Virus record (IMG/VR): IMGVR_UViG_3300034033_000029
Direction: 5' to 3' (one strand)
Source of the DNA: a virus
Length of the DNA stretch: 5,100 nucleotides
Made by a program: the position numbers and the translations under genes. Positions 4,989-5,100 of this stretch are shown piece after piece. Under the pieces are notes generated by a model. That model saw only the letters and a list, made by a program, of their open reading frames with translations. It was not told the DNA's origin and searched no databases. Every line of letters starts with the position of its first letter. Within the stretch, counting starts at the first letter, position 1.

Positions 4989-5100
4989 TTAGGCCGAGAT
5001 TGATTATAACGGCCAATAGTTTTAGACCTGGGCTTTTGACCCAGGTTTTTTTTGTTTTGTTTAAAGGGATTAAGTTGAAATTGTTTGCTAGTGCCAAATG
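4985..5100 (-). CDS. H: 3' end of the same H-like CDS, seen intact in the redundant right-hand copy (stop TAA 4985-4987)
   Basis: Same frame as 1-836 after removing the 94-nt redundancy. The C-terminal peptide is ...FKQNKKNLGQKPRSKTIGRYNQSRPN, then stop. Confidence 0.75.
   Translation of the reverse strand, partial: FGTSKQFQLNPFKQNKKNLGQKPRSKTIGRYNQSRPN
5007..5100. repeat. Second copy of the wrap-around redundancy (same as 1-94)
   Basis: Identical to 1-94. This is a linear representation of a circle, not a biological repeat. Confidence 0.97.
5026..5053 (+). terminator. Rho-independent terminator on the + strand (also present as 20-47 in the redundant copy)
   Basis: The 7-bp stem acctggg/cccaggt has a 7-nt loop and is followed by eight T. 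It lies 38 nt downstream of the ORF58 stop. On the - strand the hairpin is preceded by A8 and not followed by a T-run, so it is unidirectional. Confidence 0.7.

Overview
The window is one complete circular ssDNA-phage genome written with a wrap-around. Bases 1-94 are identical to 5007-5100, so the unit length is 5006 nt. All large genes lie on the - strand, so the reverse complement is the mRNA/virion-sense strand. Their order is: Rep (gene A type, HUH endonuclease) with an overprinted B-like ORF, a D-like external scaffolding protein, a 21-aa micro-ORF, major capsid protein F, a G-position beta-rich protein, and an H-like pilot protein. This is phiX174-type (Bullavirinae-like Microviridae) architecture, strongly diverged, with no recognisable C, K, E or J genes. 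The H-like gene crosses the circular junction, so it is missing from the supplied ORF track. The 203-aa track ORF at 323-934 is an out-of-frame decoy. Three things stand out. (1) A self-contained opposite-strand cassette (promoter, strong SD, 58-aa ORF with a hydrophobic core, intrinsic terminator) sits in a low-GC ~400-nt region with no virion-sense coding. (2) A diverged 2 x 62-nt tandem duplication of the D/F gene junction creates a 21-aa ORF at the gene-J position and keeps ATGA start/stop coupling on both sides. (3) A 122-aa ORF is overprinted in the 3' half of Rep, and its perfect AAGGAG Shine-Dalgarno is built from the codons just after the catalytic Tyr motif, as with phiX174 gene B inside gene A. 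All homology statements come from by-eye comparison with remembered phiX174 protein sequences and need a real search.
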